A stretch of 29,154 nt of DNA, from the IMG/VR virus record IMGVR_UViG_3300042196_000047, positions 1 through 29,154 of that record; one strand, given 5' to 3'. A model generated the notes under the pieces. That model was not told the origin of the DNA. It searched no databases and saw only the letters and a program-made list of their open reading frames with translations. Numbering within the stretch: the first letter of the stretch is position 1; each line of letters begins with the position of its first letter. The DNA is from a virus (lineage: Duplodnaviria > Caudoviricetes). Position numbers and translations under genes: made by a program. This document shows, one piece after another, positions 7,645-15,802 of this stretch.

Positions 7645-8358
7645 TTACTCACCCGCCACTTTCTGTGCGCATTCCTTCATGCTCAACTTCTTGCCACTCT
7701 TGATCCACACGTCGTACAGCTTGATCACGCCCGACTTGACCTCATTCTTTTTGATCTTGTCGAGGCTCAGCTTAATCAGGATCCCGTGCGTCCTCCCGTC
7801 ATGCCCCATCTTGAAGTAGCTCCCTCCGTTCGTGACCTCCCCGCAATCGGGACAGATGTGGGTAGGCTTTTCCTTCTTGACGCGCGGAGGGGCTTTGGGC
7901 TTGTCGGCCTTCGTCGACTTCACCTGTATCGCTAACCCATCCGGCCCGACCTCGAACATCCCCTTGCTCTTCTTCACCTCCGACTTGATCCGCCTGATCA
8001 TGTTGGACTCCAGCTTCGTGTCTCCCGCCGCTCTCGCGTTCCTCAGCCTCTTGTTGCTCTCGAACAACTCCTTCTTGATCTCGTCCATGGTTCCTCCTCC
8101 CTTCTTGGTGGGTTGCTTGTATGCGTCGACTCTCGCGCCGCATATCTCGCACGTAATCCGGTTAATGGGATTGGGGATGCCGCACTCCGGGCACGGCCTC
8201 GTTTTCTCGTCCCCTGCTTTAGCCTCCGCTGCCCCCGTGTCGAACGCCTTCTGTAGCGCGGCCTTCTGTTCCGGGGTGGTCTCCGGAGCTACGCCCGTGC
8301 CCTCGTTCGGCTCAGCCGCATGCATCGTTGGAACTTCGGGTCGTTCTTTCGTCTTCAT
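7645..8358 (-). CDS. hypothetical protein with Zn ribbon and CxxCG..T.GG..F..GHDGR domain; internal in-frame start at 8088
   Basis: CPECG..CEICG; HICPDCGEVTNGGSYFKMGHDGRTHG; GAGGAGG RBS at both starts. Confidence 0.75.
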   Translation of the reverse strand: MKTKERPEVPTMHAAEPNEGTGVAPETTPEQKAALQKAFDTGAAEAKAGDEKTRPCPECGIPNPINRITCEICGARVDAYKQPTKKGGGTMDEIKKELFESNKRLRNARAAGDTKLESNMIRRIKSEVKKSKGMFEVGPDGLAIQVKSTKADKPKAPPRVKKEKPTHICPDCGEVTNGGSYFKMGHDGRTHGILIKLSLDKIKKNEVKSGVIKLYDVWIKSGKKLSMKECAQKVAGE

Positions 8359-8421
8359 TGTGGTTCCTCCTCTAGGTTAAATGGTTAGTGGCCTCACGGC
8401 CATTGTCCGATAGACACCTCC

Positions 8422-8450
8422 ATTTTACCACGTCCTCATGCTCTTGTCAA
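8422..8450 (-). promoter_or_regulatory. sigma70-type promoter with extended -10
   Basis: TTGACA-17 nt-TAAAAT with GTG; the leader holds a UGGCC-GUGA-GGCCA GNRA hairpin (8389-8402). Confidence 0.85.
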
Positions 8451-8459
8451 TGGTCTCAT

Positions 8460-8612
8460 TTACGGTGTCTGCCCCTCTTTTTTTACCCTAGTGAAAATTC
8501 TTTTACGTAAAGTGTCCCATATTTTACTCGTAGAGTCATGCGCGATTGCTACTCCTTTTGTACACATTGAAGTTCTACCCTTCTTTCTCTTTCCATATAA
8601 AATTACTTTCAT
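8460..8612 (-). CDS. small basic hypothetical protein
   Basis: AGGAGG RBS; ATGA overlap at 8609-8612; AT-richer than its neighbours. Confidence 0.5.
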   Translation of the reverse strand: MKVILYGKRKKGRTSMCTKGVAIAHDSTSKIWDTLRKRIFTRVKKEGQTP

Positions 8613-9049
8613 GATGCCCTCTCCTCCTTTCTCATCCTCTCCAGTTCCTGGTCGATGAAGTGCTCGAACCTCTCCGATTCCACATACTCGTTCATGTCCG
8701 GCGTCCAGTCCTTCCCAAACTCCTCCCAGCACTCATTACACATGGCCGGGGAGTGGCTGACTTCGGACAGGGAGGCGCACGTCCTCCCGCACGCTTCGCA
8801 CACGTACGGCCCCATGGCCGCCGCTAACGCCTCTCGCTTCCGGAGTTCCTCCCCCGCCGCCTCCTGCACCCTGCTCAACGCATTGAGCGCAGCGTTGATT
8901 GCGCCTACGTTGTCCGGCGTCCCCTCCAGACTCAGCGTGAGCAGCAGCCTCTCCGCTATCACCCTTCCGATGAACTCATTCAGTTCCCTTTCCGTGTACG
9001 TCCTGAACAATGCCACCATCTTATTTTCATCCTGTCTTGTAAATTCCAC
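8609..9049 (-). CDS. hypothetical protein with Zn finger
   Basis: CEACG...CNEC; GTG start. Confidence 0.7.
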   Translation of the reverse strand: MEFTRQDENKMVALFRTYTERELNEFIGRVIAERLLLTLSLEGTPDNVGAINAALNALSRVQEAAGEELRKREALAAAMGPYVCEACGRTCASLSEVSHSPAMCNECWEEFGKDWTPDMNEYVESERFEHFIDQELERMRKEERAS

Positions 9050-9260
9050 GTTTCACCTTCCTTTCTGCACACGTGACCTTGAATTTAGTCACTATGCGTT
9101 GGTTGTCCTCTCGCTTGCATTTAGCGCACATCACGGTGCTGGTCTCAATGTCCCCCTCCGCGCATAGGTCGCATATGACCCGTCCACACTTTACACACTT
9201 CCTCACCTCTTCCGGCTCTACGTCCCCCTTGCAGCAGGGACAAAACAGCAATCTTTTCAT
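9027..9260 (-). CDS. Cys-rich Zn-finger protein
   Basis: CPCC, CVKC, CDLC, CAKC; AAAGGAG RBS. Confidence 0.7.
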   Translation of the reverse strand: MKRLLFCPCCKGDVEPEEVRKCVKCGRVICDLCAEGDIETSTVMCAKCKREDNQRIVTKFKVTCAERKVKRGIYKTG

Positions 9261-9275
9261 GGCTCATTCTCCTTT

Positions 9276-9353
9276 TTATTTCAGGAATATCGCCGCTATC
9301 AGCGCGATCAGCACTACAAAGCTTAATGCGTCCTCAAGATTCATGAACCCCAT
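9276..9353 (-). CDS. 25-aa membrane peptide
   Basis: MGFMNLEDALSFVVLIALIAAIFLK; AAAGGAGG RBS. Confidence 0.55.
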   Translation of the reverse strand: MGFMNLEDALSFVVLIALIAAIFLK

Positions 9354-9429
9354 GGCTCATGCCCTCCTTTCTCCCGGCGTCCGGGTCGAGGGGAGTCCTC
9401 CTGTCCTCCCCTTCATCCGTGCGTCAGGC

Positions 9430-9546
9430 TTATTCTTCCCGTCCTATCCACATCAGTAGCTTTATTGCTCCATACGTCAACCCGTACACAATCACCAGGA
9501 TCAGGTAGATCCACGTCAGGCTAAGCCCATCCACCCACTCAAACAT
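9430..9546 (-). CDS. 38-aa membrane peptide
   Basis: MFEWVDGLSLTWIYLILVIVYGLTYGAIKLLMWIGREE; AAAGGAGG RBS. Confidence 0.6.
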   Translation of the reverse strand: MFEWVDGLSLTWIYLILVIVYGLTYGAIKLLMWIGREE

Positions 9547-9577
9547 GGCTCACCCCTCCTTTCTTCATCATTGGGGA

Positions 9578-9826
9578 TTACAACCGGTCTCCGACGAGGC
9601 AGCTTCTTCCTACCTCAACTACTTCCCATCCCTGCTGGATCAGTATGTCCACTCTCTTGTTAGTTCCCTCTTCCCTTTCGACTAGTCTGTCCTCGAAGTC
9701 CGGCGCATTCACGTCTAACCCCGCCTTGGCGGTCATAACCGCTAATACTGTGTGTCCCTTTTTTAATCCTCGATACCCAAATCCGCTTATCCCTTCTTCG
9801 CATACCGCGCAAATGTCGTTGCTCAT
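9578..9826 (-). CDS. hypothetical protein
   Basis: ORF with AAAGGAG RBS; N-terminal CxxC. Confidence 0.65.
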   Translation of the reverse strand: MSNDICAVCEEGISGFGYRGLKKGHTVLAVMTAKAGLDVNAPDFEDRLVEREEGTNKRVDILIQQGWEVVEVGRSCLVGDRL

Positions 9827-9869
9827 TGTCGTTCTCCTTTCGTCTTTAGTTTGGCTTACTCTTCCCGTC

Positions 9870-10082
9870 TCAGCCTATGCCGATCAGTTCCTCGTCGTCC
9901 TCGTTCGTTATCGTCGTGTCCACCCATTCCGGGTCCCCCAGCTTATCGGGGTAGGAGTCGAGTATGCTCCTCAGGGCTGCGTCCCATCCCGGCTTACGTC
10001 TGGCTAACGCCTCGTATACTTCGTCGCTTACTTCCACTTGTGCTTCTCGCACTTGTGTCACTCGTACTGTCAGCTTTCTCAT
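9870..10082 (-). CDS. small acidic hypothetical protein
   Basis: AAAGGAGG RBS; purine-rich coding strand like its neighbours. Confidence 0.65.
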   Translation of the reverse strand: MRKLTVRVTQVREAQVEVSDEVYEALARRKPGWDAALRSILDSYPDKLGDPEWVDTTITNEDDEELIGIG

Positions 10083-10099
10083 AGCTCACTCCTCCTTTC

Positions 10100-10444
10100 T
10101 TAATCCTGAATTCTGGTCTGCATCGTTTGTGTTAGGAACACGTAGTGTTCGGTCACTTCCTCGTCCGTGTGGGTATGCTCGATGCCCATGACCTCATTCC
10201 CCACAAAGTCCAGGATCGCCTTGCGCTTCCCAGCGTCCTCCGTGGCTAGGAATAGCCGATCTGCCGCCTCGAACACAGGCATGTCGTGGTACGCGTTCCC
10301 CACTACGCCCATGCCTCTTAGTTCGTCCAAGCTCTTTATCTTCCTGGACGCTTCCCATCGCTTATCCATTAGCTTATCCATGTACACCTCTGCTTTCTCC
10401 CAGTCAGAACCGGGTGGGGACGGAGCGCCGATCGCTCCCTCCAC
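10100..10444 (-). CDS. hypothetical protein
   Basis: GGAGG-6 nt-GTG start. Confidence 0.6.
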   Translation of the reverse strand: MEGAIGAPSPPGSDWEKAEVYMDKLMDKRWEASRKIKSLDELRGMGVVGNAYHDMPVFEAADRLFLATEDAGKRKAILDFVGNEVMGIEHTHTDEEVTEHYVFLTQTMQTRIQD

Positions 10445-10462
10445 CGCCCGCCTCCGGCCTTC

Positions 10463-10807
10463 TCACGTTCCTTCCCCGAACGCCGCCTTGAGTCCTCCGT
10501 TCCCGTCCCAACGTGCGAACGCTGCCTGGAGTTCGGGAGTCCGGAGTCCCGCCGCCAGCATCGCGCCTTCCTTCACCATGGCGAACCACCCATGCACTCT
10601 CCCGTCGTGTCCGCTCACGAACAGCCCACCTTTCGTCACCCCGCTGCACCCGCACACACAGGGCCGGGGTTCGGGCTTGGGCTTCGCTGCCCTCTTCGGC
10701 GCTGTCGCCTCGCTCACTCCTCCCATCTGCTCTTCTGCCACTTCCGCTGTTGCTTCCGCCTTCTTCGCTGCTCTTGCTGCCTTCTCTGCTCTCTTCTGTG
10801 CCGACAT
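10463..10807 (-). CDS. first early gene; Ala/Lys-rich N-terminus plus CxCGC..T.GG.F..GHDGR domain
   Basis: GAGGAGG before ATG 10807; CVCGCSGVTKGGLFVSGHDGRVHG. Confidence 0.75.
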   Translation of the reverse strand: MSAQKRAEKAARAAKKAEATAEVAEEQMGGVSEATAPKRAAKPKPEPRPCVCGCSGVTKGGLFVSGHDGRVHGWFAMVKEGAMLAAGLRTPELQAAFARWDGNGGLKAAFGEGT

Positions 10808-10894
10808 CGCTGTGTCCTCCTCTGTTTGGGTCTGGTGGGTGTCCGGCCCGGTGGTCCTGCCCCGGTCGCGTCCTCGCACCCTCCCCCTTTTTCT

Positions 10895-10910
10895 TGCAAG
10901 CGCCGTGCCA
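10895..10910 (-). promoter_or_regulatory. sigma54 (-24/-12) promoter
   Basis: TGGCACGGCGCTTGCA matches TGGCACG-N4-TTGCW exactly; correctly oriented ~90 nt upstream of ATG 10807. Confidence 0.75.
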
Positions 10911-11020
10911 GAGAGCCTCGCGAACCCACCTCGCTGGCCCGCGTCCCGTGCGGTCTTTCGGGCTGGGTTCGGTGGGCACGGGGAACCGGGACCTCGGACC
11001 GGTCAGCCTTCGACCATCTG

Positions 11021-11110
11021 GTGTACACGCTTGTACACACACCCGCCAGCCCCCGTCCGTCGCGGTCTGTCCGATGGCATCCCCCCGCCACTCGTGTACA
11101 GCCTTGTACG
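11021..11110. promoter_or_regulatory. two enhancer-like (UAS) sites
   Basis: TGTACACGCTTGTACA (11022-11037) and TGTACAGCCTTGTACG (11095-11110), both TGT-N10-AC(A/G), 73 bp apart. Confidence 0.5.
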
Positions 11111-11159
11111 CTGCGCCTTCCCCTCCTCCGCTCTTTCCCTTTCCCTTCCCCTCTGCCCT

Positions 11160-11450
11160 CTGTGCCCCGTCCCTGGCCGTCCCTGTGGCGTGGCTCCTTG
11201 GTTTCCCTGTCCGGTTTGGCGTCCCAAACCCCCAGCTTGTCGGCGTCCGTCCCTTTCCCAAACGGACGCACCCCCTCCCCCCGGTCGTTTTTCCCCCCGT
11301 CCCTTCCCCTGGCACCCCTCCCGTCCCCGTCCCTCCCGCCTCGTCCGTTTGGTGGGGAAAGCAACCACCCCAGGGGGAGGGGCATTGGGGGGAGGGCGGG
11401 GGGTATGGGGGATGCGAAAAAAACGGCGAGGAACGGAGGGGGAGGTAGGG
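11160..11450. repeat. C-rich/G-rich strand-switch region with CGTCCC repeats and G-quadruplex motifs; putative packaging/terminus region
   Basis: Seven CGTCCC copies in 11168-11333; six G-tracts in 11373-11411; lies directly upstream of terS. Confidence 0.5.
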
Positions 11451-11507
11451 TTGTTCACGCTTGGCACCCGTCCAAACCCACATTAATTTACCACTTAAAT
11501 TCGACTA

Positions 11508-11536
11508 TTGACACGGGACAAGACGTGTGATACAAT
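11508..11536 (+). promoter_or_regulatory. sigma70-type promoter of the packaging/structural arm
   Basis: TTGACA-17 nt-TACAAT with TGTG. Confidence 0.85.
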
Positions 11537-11581
11537 GAGAACCAAAGGCCCACATGGAATAAGGAAAGGATAAAGGGTAAG

Positions 11582-12238
11582 ATGGATGGAGTAACGAAAA
11601 CGGGGAGAGAAATTCCGGGGACGGCGAGAGACAGGAACGTGTTGCCGCCGAAGTTTCAGATGACGACGCGCACGCACCTAAATATAAGTACTAGGGGGGC
11701 GATAAAGAAGCGCGCGGAGACATTGAAGTTGATGAATATAGTGCCGGACTCCGCCAACCTGACGGACGAGGAAATAGGAATGCTAGCGCCCCCGATGCCA
11801 AACGCTGCCAAGGGAATAGACATAGCCGATATAATTGACCTCCGGAAGAGGGGACTGTCGCACGGGGCAATATCAAAAGTATTGGGGTGCACCAAGAAGA
11901 ACATACAGCAGAGATTGAAGGACGTGGCAAGGGAAGTGGACAGAATTGAGAACTTTAAGACGTATAAGGGGGACGTGCTGGCGATTCACCAGAAGCGAAT
12001 CCTGGACTCCCTGGATAAGGGGACCATCAATAAGGCGGGACTCCGAGACCGAGTGCTAGCATTCGGCGTGCTGTGCGACAAGGAAGAGAAAATAACGGGA
12101 AAGACGGCGGGAAGTAAGGGAGTACAGATAAATATAATTAATTATGCCGGGGCGTCCCAAACCGGGCAAGTGACTAGAGTAGAGATAAACCCCGGTGCGG
12201 AAGAGATGACTACTCAACAAATGGCAATGGGGGACTAA
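11582..12238 (+). CDS. putative terminase small subunit (HTH)
   Basis: LRKRGLSHGAISKVLGCTKKNIQQRL is HTH-like; C-terminal VQINIINY strand; immediately precedes TerL. Confidence 0.65.
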   Translation: MDGVTKTGREIPGTARDRNVLPPKFQMTTRTHLNISTRGAIKKRAETLKLMNIVPDSANLTDEEIGMLAPPMPNAAKGIDIADIIDLRKRGLSHGAISKVLGCTKKNIQQRLKDVAREVDRIENFKTYKGDVLAIHQKRILDSLDKGTINKAGLRDRVLAFGVLCDKEEKITGKTAGSKGVQINIINYAGASQTGQVTRVEINPGAEEMTTQQMAMGD

Positions 12239-12240
12239 AC

Positions 12241-13617
12241 ATCGATATACCCTGCAATTATACCCCTCGATTCTACCAGATTCCATTCCTAGACGCCATG
12301 GACTCCGGCTTCAAGCGTGCCTTGATTGTGTGGCATCGGCGTTCCGGCAAGACCAAGACCCTCCTCAACCTTACTACCAAGAAGGGATTCGAGCGCGTGG
12401 GGGCCTACTACCACGCGTTCCCGGAGTACGGCCAAGGGCGCAAGATAATATGGGATGGAATGGACAAGGAAGGAAGAAACATCCTCGATCTCCATATCCC
12501 TCCAGAAATTAGGACCTCTACCAACAAGACCGACATGAAGATAGAACTCACCAGCGGAAGCGTATACCAGATCATAGGGGCGGACAACTACGACTCCTTA
12601 GTCGGTCCAAACCCAGTAGGCATTATATTTGACGAGTGGGCGGTCAGCCCCCGGTATGTGAATGCGTGGAACTACTTCCGACCTATATTAGTGGAGAATG
12701 GGGGGTGGGCGGTGTTCCCCTATACCCCACGTGGACGCAATCACGGGTGGACTCTATACCAAATGGCAATGAAGAACCCCCTGTGGTTCTGTCAACTCCT
12801 AACTGTGGATGATACCCATGGCGTATCCCACGCCGATATTCAGGCCGAGCGCGAGTCTGGCATGTCCGAGGACATGATACAGCAGGAATTCTACTGCTCC
12901 TTCCTCGTCGGAACCGCCAATATCCTCATCCCTCCGGGTCTGGTTCAGGCCGCTATGAGGAGAGATGTGGATTATCATGGAGTGGGGCGTATCGCCGGGC
13001 TTGATGTGGCCCGTTACGGGGATGATAGGACGGGACTCATTATCAGGCAGGGGGGACAAATAATCCACATTGAGAAGTGGGGGAATAAGGATACTGTATT
13101 CACCGCCGGAAAGGTGATTAATATGTACAAGGCCCACTTATTTGATGCCGTTGCGGTGGACGTAATAGGGATGGGGGCGGGGGTATATGATATGATAAAG
13201 CACTCCAGTGCTCACGTCCCCTGCGTATCGGTAAACGTAAGTGAATCGCCGAGCGTCGAGGGGAAGTACAAGTTGCTGAGGGATGAGGTGTGGTGGAGGA
13301 TGAGGGAATGGTTCCAGGATGGGGCATGCGCAATATCAAGAGCCATCCCGGCGGATTCCATAACTGAGCTTGCTGCCGACATCCAGGACATTCATTATAA
13401 CTACACCAAGATGTCGGGACTGGTTAAGATAGAGAGCAAGGAAGACATGAAGAAAAGATTGGGGTTCAGCCCCGATTTGGGGGATGCACTAGCTTGCACA
13501 TTCGCCCCCGGAATAGACATGAAATTGCAGCAAGTACACAAGCAAGCGTTTGGGGGACAACGGGCTCAAATACAGAATGAAGAGTATAACCCTTTAACCT
13601 ATGGATTGAGAGGATGA
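12241..13617 (+). CDS. terL: terminase large subunit (first ATG at 12298; conserved-looking sequence begins ~12241)
   Basis: YTPRFYQ Q-motif, WHRRSGKT Walker A, IIFDEW Walker B, TPRG, GLDVARYGDD RNase H-like nuclease, SPDLGDALA. Confidence 0.93.
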   Translation: MDIPCNYTPRFYQIPFLDAMDSGFKRALIVWHRRSGKTKTLLNLTTKKGFERVGAYYHAFPEYGQGRKIIWDGMDKEGRNILDLHIPPEIRTSTNKTDMKIELTSGSVYQIIGADNYDSLVGPNPVGIIFDEWAVSPRYVNAWNYFRPILVENGGWAVFPYTPRGRNHGWTLYQMAMKNPLWFCQLLTVDDTHGVSHADIQAERESGMSEDMIQQEFYCSFLVGTANILIPPGLVQAAMRRDVDYHGVGRIAGLDVARYGDDRTGLIIRQGGQIIHIEKWGNKDTVFTAGKVINMYKAHLFDAVAVDVIGMGAGVYDMIKHSSAHVPCVSVNVSESPSVEGKYKLLRDEVWWRMREWFQDGACAISRAIPADSITELAADIQDIHYNYTKMSGLVKIESKEDMKKRLGFSPDLGDALACTFAPGIDMKLQQVHKQAFGGQRAQIQNEEYNPLTYGLRG

Positions 13618-13618
13618 A

Positions 13619-13819
13619 ATGTCAAGCACACCGAGAACCCCGGCCCCTGTAATTGTCCAGCCTCCTACGGAGCCGGAAGTAGAGTCAATAGCGGCACAGG
13701 CGGCGGATGTCCAGGCTGAGAAGGCAAAGAGGAAGAAGAAAGCTGGGGGAACCCTGCTCACTGGACCCGAAGGGGTGACGGGGCAAGCCCCAATCCGAAA
13801 GGAAACGCTGGGGGCGTAG
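13619..13819 (+). CDS. small head-module protein
   Basis: Pro-rich N-terminus and TLLTGPEG...TLG; lies between TerL and portal as in BPP-1-like phages. Confidence 0.65.
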   Translation: MSSTPRTPAPVIVQPPTEPEVESIAAQAADVQAEKAKRKKKAGGTLLTGPEGVTGQAPIRKETLGA

Positions 13820-13820
13820 A

Positions 13821-15542
13821 ATGGACCAAAGGGACGACAAGAAGAGGGCTGAGGACATAGTAAGAATGTTGGGATATCTAGCTACCATCCGTCAGCCGTA
13901 CGAGACCATGGTGGATGAGGTAATAAAGTACATCAATCACTCGCGTCGCACCATAAAAGAGAAGGACACGATGAAGGGACTGCAGACGGGGAAGGACGTG
14001 TACGATGGGACTGCCATGAGTGCAGCAAACCTTCTTGCCGACGGCATCCATGGCTACATGTGCAGTCAGTCGATGCACTGGTTCGACTTCATACTCCCCG
14101 GCAAGATGAATTACCCCAGGACATCCGGAATGAGAGGATGGACGGGGAAGAGAATGGATGAATATCCGGATGTGAAGAAATTCTTAAATGAGTGCGAGGA
14201 GTCACAGTACGATGCCCTCAATCGTAGTAACTTTTACACCATCAACCCCACCTATATAAGGGAAGGGGCAACAGTAGGAACGGCTACCTACTTCATCGAG
14301 GAGGACGTGGGGGCGGGGCGGATAGTGTTCACATTGCCGCATTTTCGGGAGTGCTACATCGCGGAGAACCAGTATGGGATAGTGGACACGGTGTACCGCG
14401 TATACAAAATGACCATGCGTCAAATGGTGCAGAAATGGGGAATGGATAAGCTGGAGGAACTAGACCGGGGATTCAAGCGCGCTTACATCAGCAACCCGTA
14501 CGCCGAGCGTGAGGTAATACATGCAGTATACCCAAGAGCAGACTTCGACTTCACGAAGTTGAATGGGGCCAATCGCCCTATCGCGTCCATGTGGGTAATG
14601 AGAAGTCCGCAAAAATTAATAGAGGAAACGGGATACTATGACCCATCCACCGTGACGTGGAGATGGAGGAAGAACTCAGACGAACTGTGTGGGAGAAGCC
14701 CAGGGTGGGACGTGTATGTGGACGTGATGACGGCCAACCAGCAGGGAAGATCAAATTTGATTGCGGGACAGAAGATGGTAGAGGGGCCGATGGTAGGACC
14801 GGCGGATCTCCGGGGTCAGGTAATGACGGGGCCAAATGGGTGGACGTGGGTGGAGAACATGGAGAAACAAATGCCCAAGCCACTCAATGAGAATATGCAG
14901 CTGCCCTACGCTAAGGACTCCCAGGACCGGACCGACGCCAAAATAAAGGAGCACTTCCACGTAGATTTCTTCCTTATGCTGTACCAGGCGGCGTTCAAGC
15001 AGGTGCAGCTTACCGCCACTCAAGTAATAGGAATGCAGGGGGAGCAGGCGGCGGTATTGGGAACCAGGATCGGGAACTTCCAGAGCGAGGGACTGGACCC
15101 CGTGATGGATAGAGTATTTAATATTGAGCAGAGGGCGGGAAGAATGCCCGGAGTCCCCGACATCATAATGGAAAATGGAATAAGTCGCATCGAGATGGAC
15201 TACCTCGGACCACTGGCCCAGGCGCAGAAACGATTATTCAGGGTCCAGAGCATGAAAGCGGGATTAGAAATGGCGGGGGGAGTGGCAGCCGTCATTCCCG
15301 AATCCATTGACGTGATTGATGGGGATAATACGATGAAGGAAGCATTGGAACTGTCAGGATTCCCACTTTCCTGCATCAGGGATGACGCTAAGATAGCCAC
15401 GATAAGGACGGCGAGAGCGCAGGCAATAGCCCAACAGACGGAGATCAATAACGCTATCAGCGCTGGCAAGGCGATGGAAGGGGCGGGGAAGAAGCCGGAG
15501 GCAGGGTCCCCATTGAGCGCCATGATGGGGGAGGGTGAATAA
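13821..15542 (+). CDS. portal (head-tail connector; T7 gp8/Bbp21-like)
   Basis: YDGTA..A...LA.G, WF, SNFY, GTA, RW.K...E..GRSP, TAT, Y.GPLAQAQ motifs; 573 aa. Confidence 0.92.
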   Translation: MDQRDDKKRAEDIVRMLGYLATIRQPYETMVDEVIKYINHSRRTIKEKDTMKGLQTGKDVYDGTAMSAANLLADGIHGYMCSQSMHWFDFILPGKMNYPRTSGMRGWTGKRMDEYPDVKKFLNECEESQYDALNRSNFYTINPTYIREGATVGTATYFIEEDVGAGRIVFTLPHFRECYIAENQYGIVDTVYRVYKMTMRQMVQKWGMDKLEELDRGFKRAYISNPYAEREVIHAVYPRADFDFTKLNGANRPIASMWVMRSPQKLIEETGYYDPSTVTWRWRKNSDELCGRSPGWDVYVDVMTANQQGRSNLIAGQKMVEGPMVGPADLRGQVMTGPNGWTWVENMEKQMPKPLNENMQLPYAKDSQDRTDAKIKEHFHVDFFLMLYQAAFKQVQLTATQVIGMQGEQAAVLGTRIGNFQSEGLDPVMDRVFNIEQRAGRMPGVPDIIMENGISRIEMDYLGPLAQAQKRLFRVQSMKAGLEMAGGVAAVIPESIDVIDGDNTMKEALELSGFPLSCIRDDAKIATIRTARAQAIAQQTEINNAISAGKAMEGAGKKPEAGSPLSAMMGEGE

Positions 15543-15802
15543 TGGATGAGATGACGGCGAAGTACAGAAAGGTGCTGACGCAGGGAATGGGGAAGGACGT
15601 ATTGACCGACATCCTACGTACGTGTCATTTCGGGGCCACCCTAGATATGACCAATCCCCATCAGATAGCGGAGTACAACGTCGGCATTGTGATATTGAAG
15701 AAATGCGGAATACTAAGTAAGGGGACGATGGAGGGAGTAATAAACCAGCTATGTACCGTGATGCCCGTAGAGGCGGAAGCGGAAAAGGAGGATGAAGAAT
15801 GA
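15542..15802 (+). CDS. Bbp19-like small protein
   Basis: Y...L....GKDVL.DI...CHF pattern directly after the portal. Confidence 0.6.
   Translation: MDEMTAKYRKVLTQGMGKDVLTDILRTCHFGATLDMTNPHQIAEYNVGIVILKKCGILSKGTMEGVINQLCTVMPVEAEAEKEDEE

Noticed and set aside
9354-9429. Second hammerhead (CUGAC... plus hairpins)
   Set aside because: Reads CUGACGC rather than CUGANGA, and has no GAAA/stem III.
145-10100. + strand ORFs in the left arm (and - strand ORFs in the right arm)
   Set aside because: Antisense shadows of coupled, RBS-bearing genes; Ser/Pro/Phe/Leu-rich with no recognisable motifs.
10167-11530. Long overlapping ORFs (439, 359, 311, 312, 223 and 154 aa)
   Set aside because: Low-complexity Pro/Arg/Gly translations of GC-rich, stop-poor DNA, open in nearly all frames; they overlap real - strand genes and regulatory sites.
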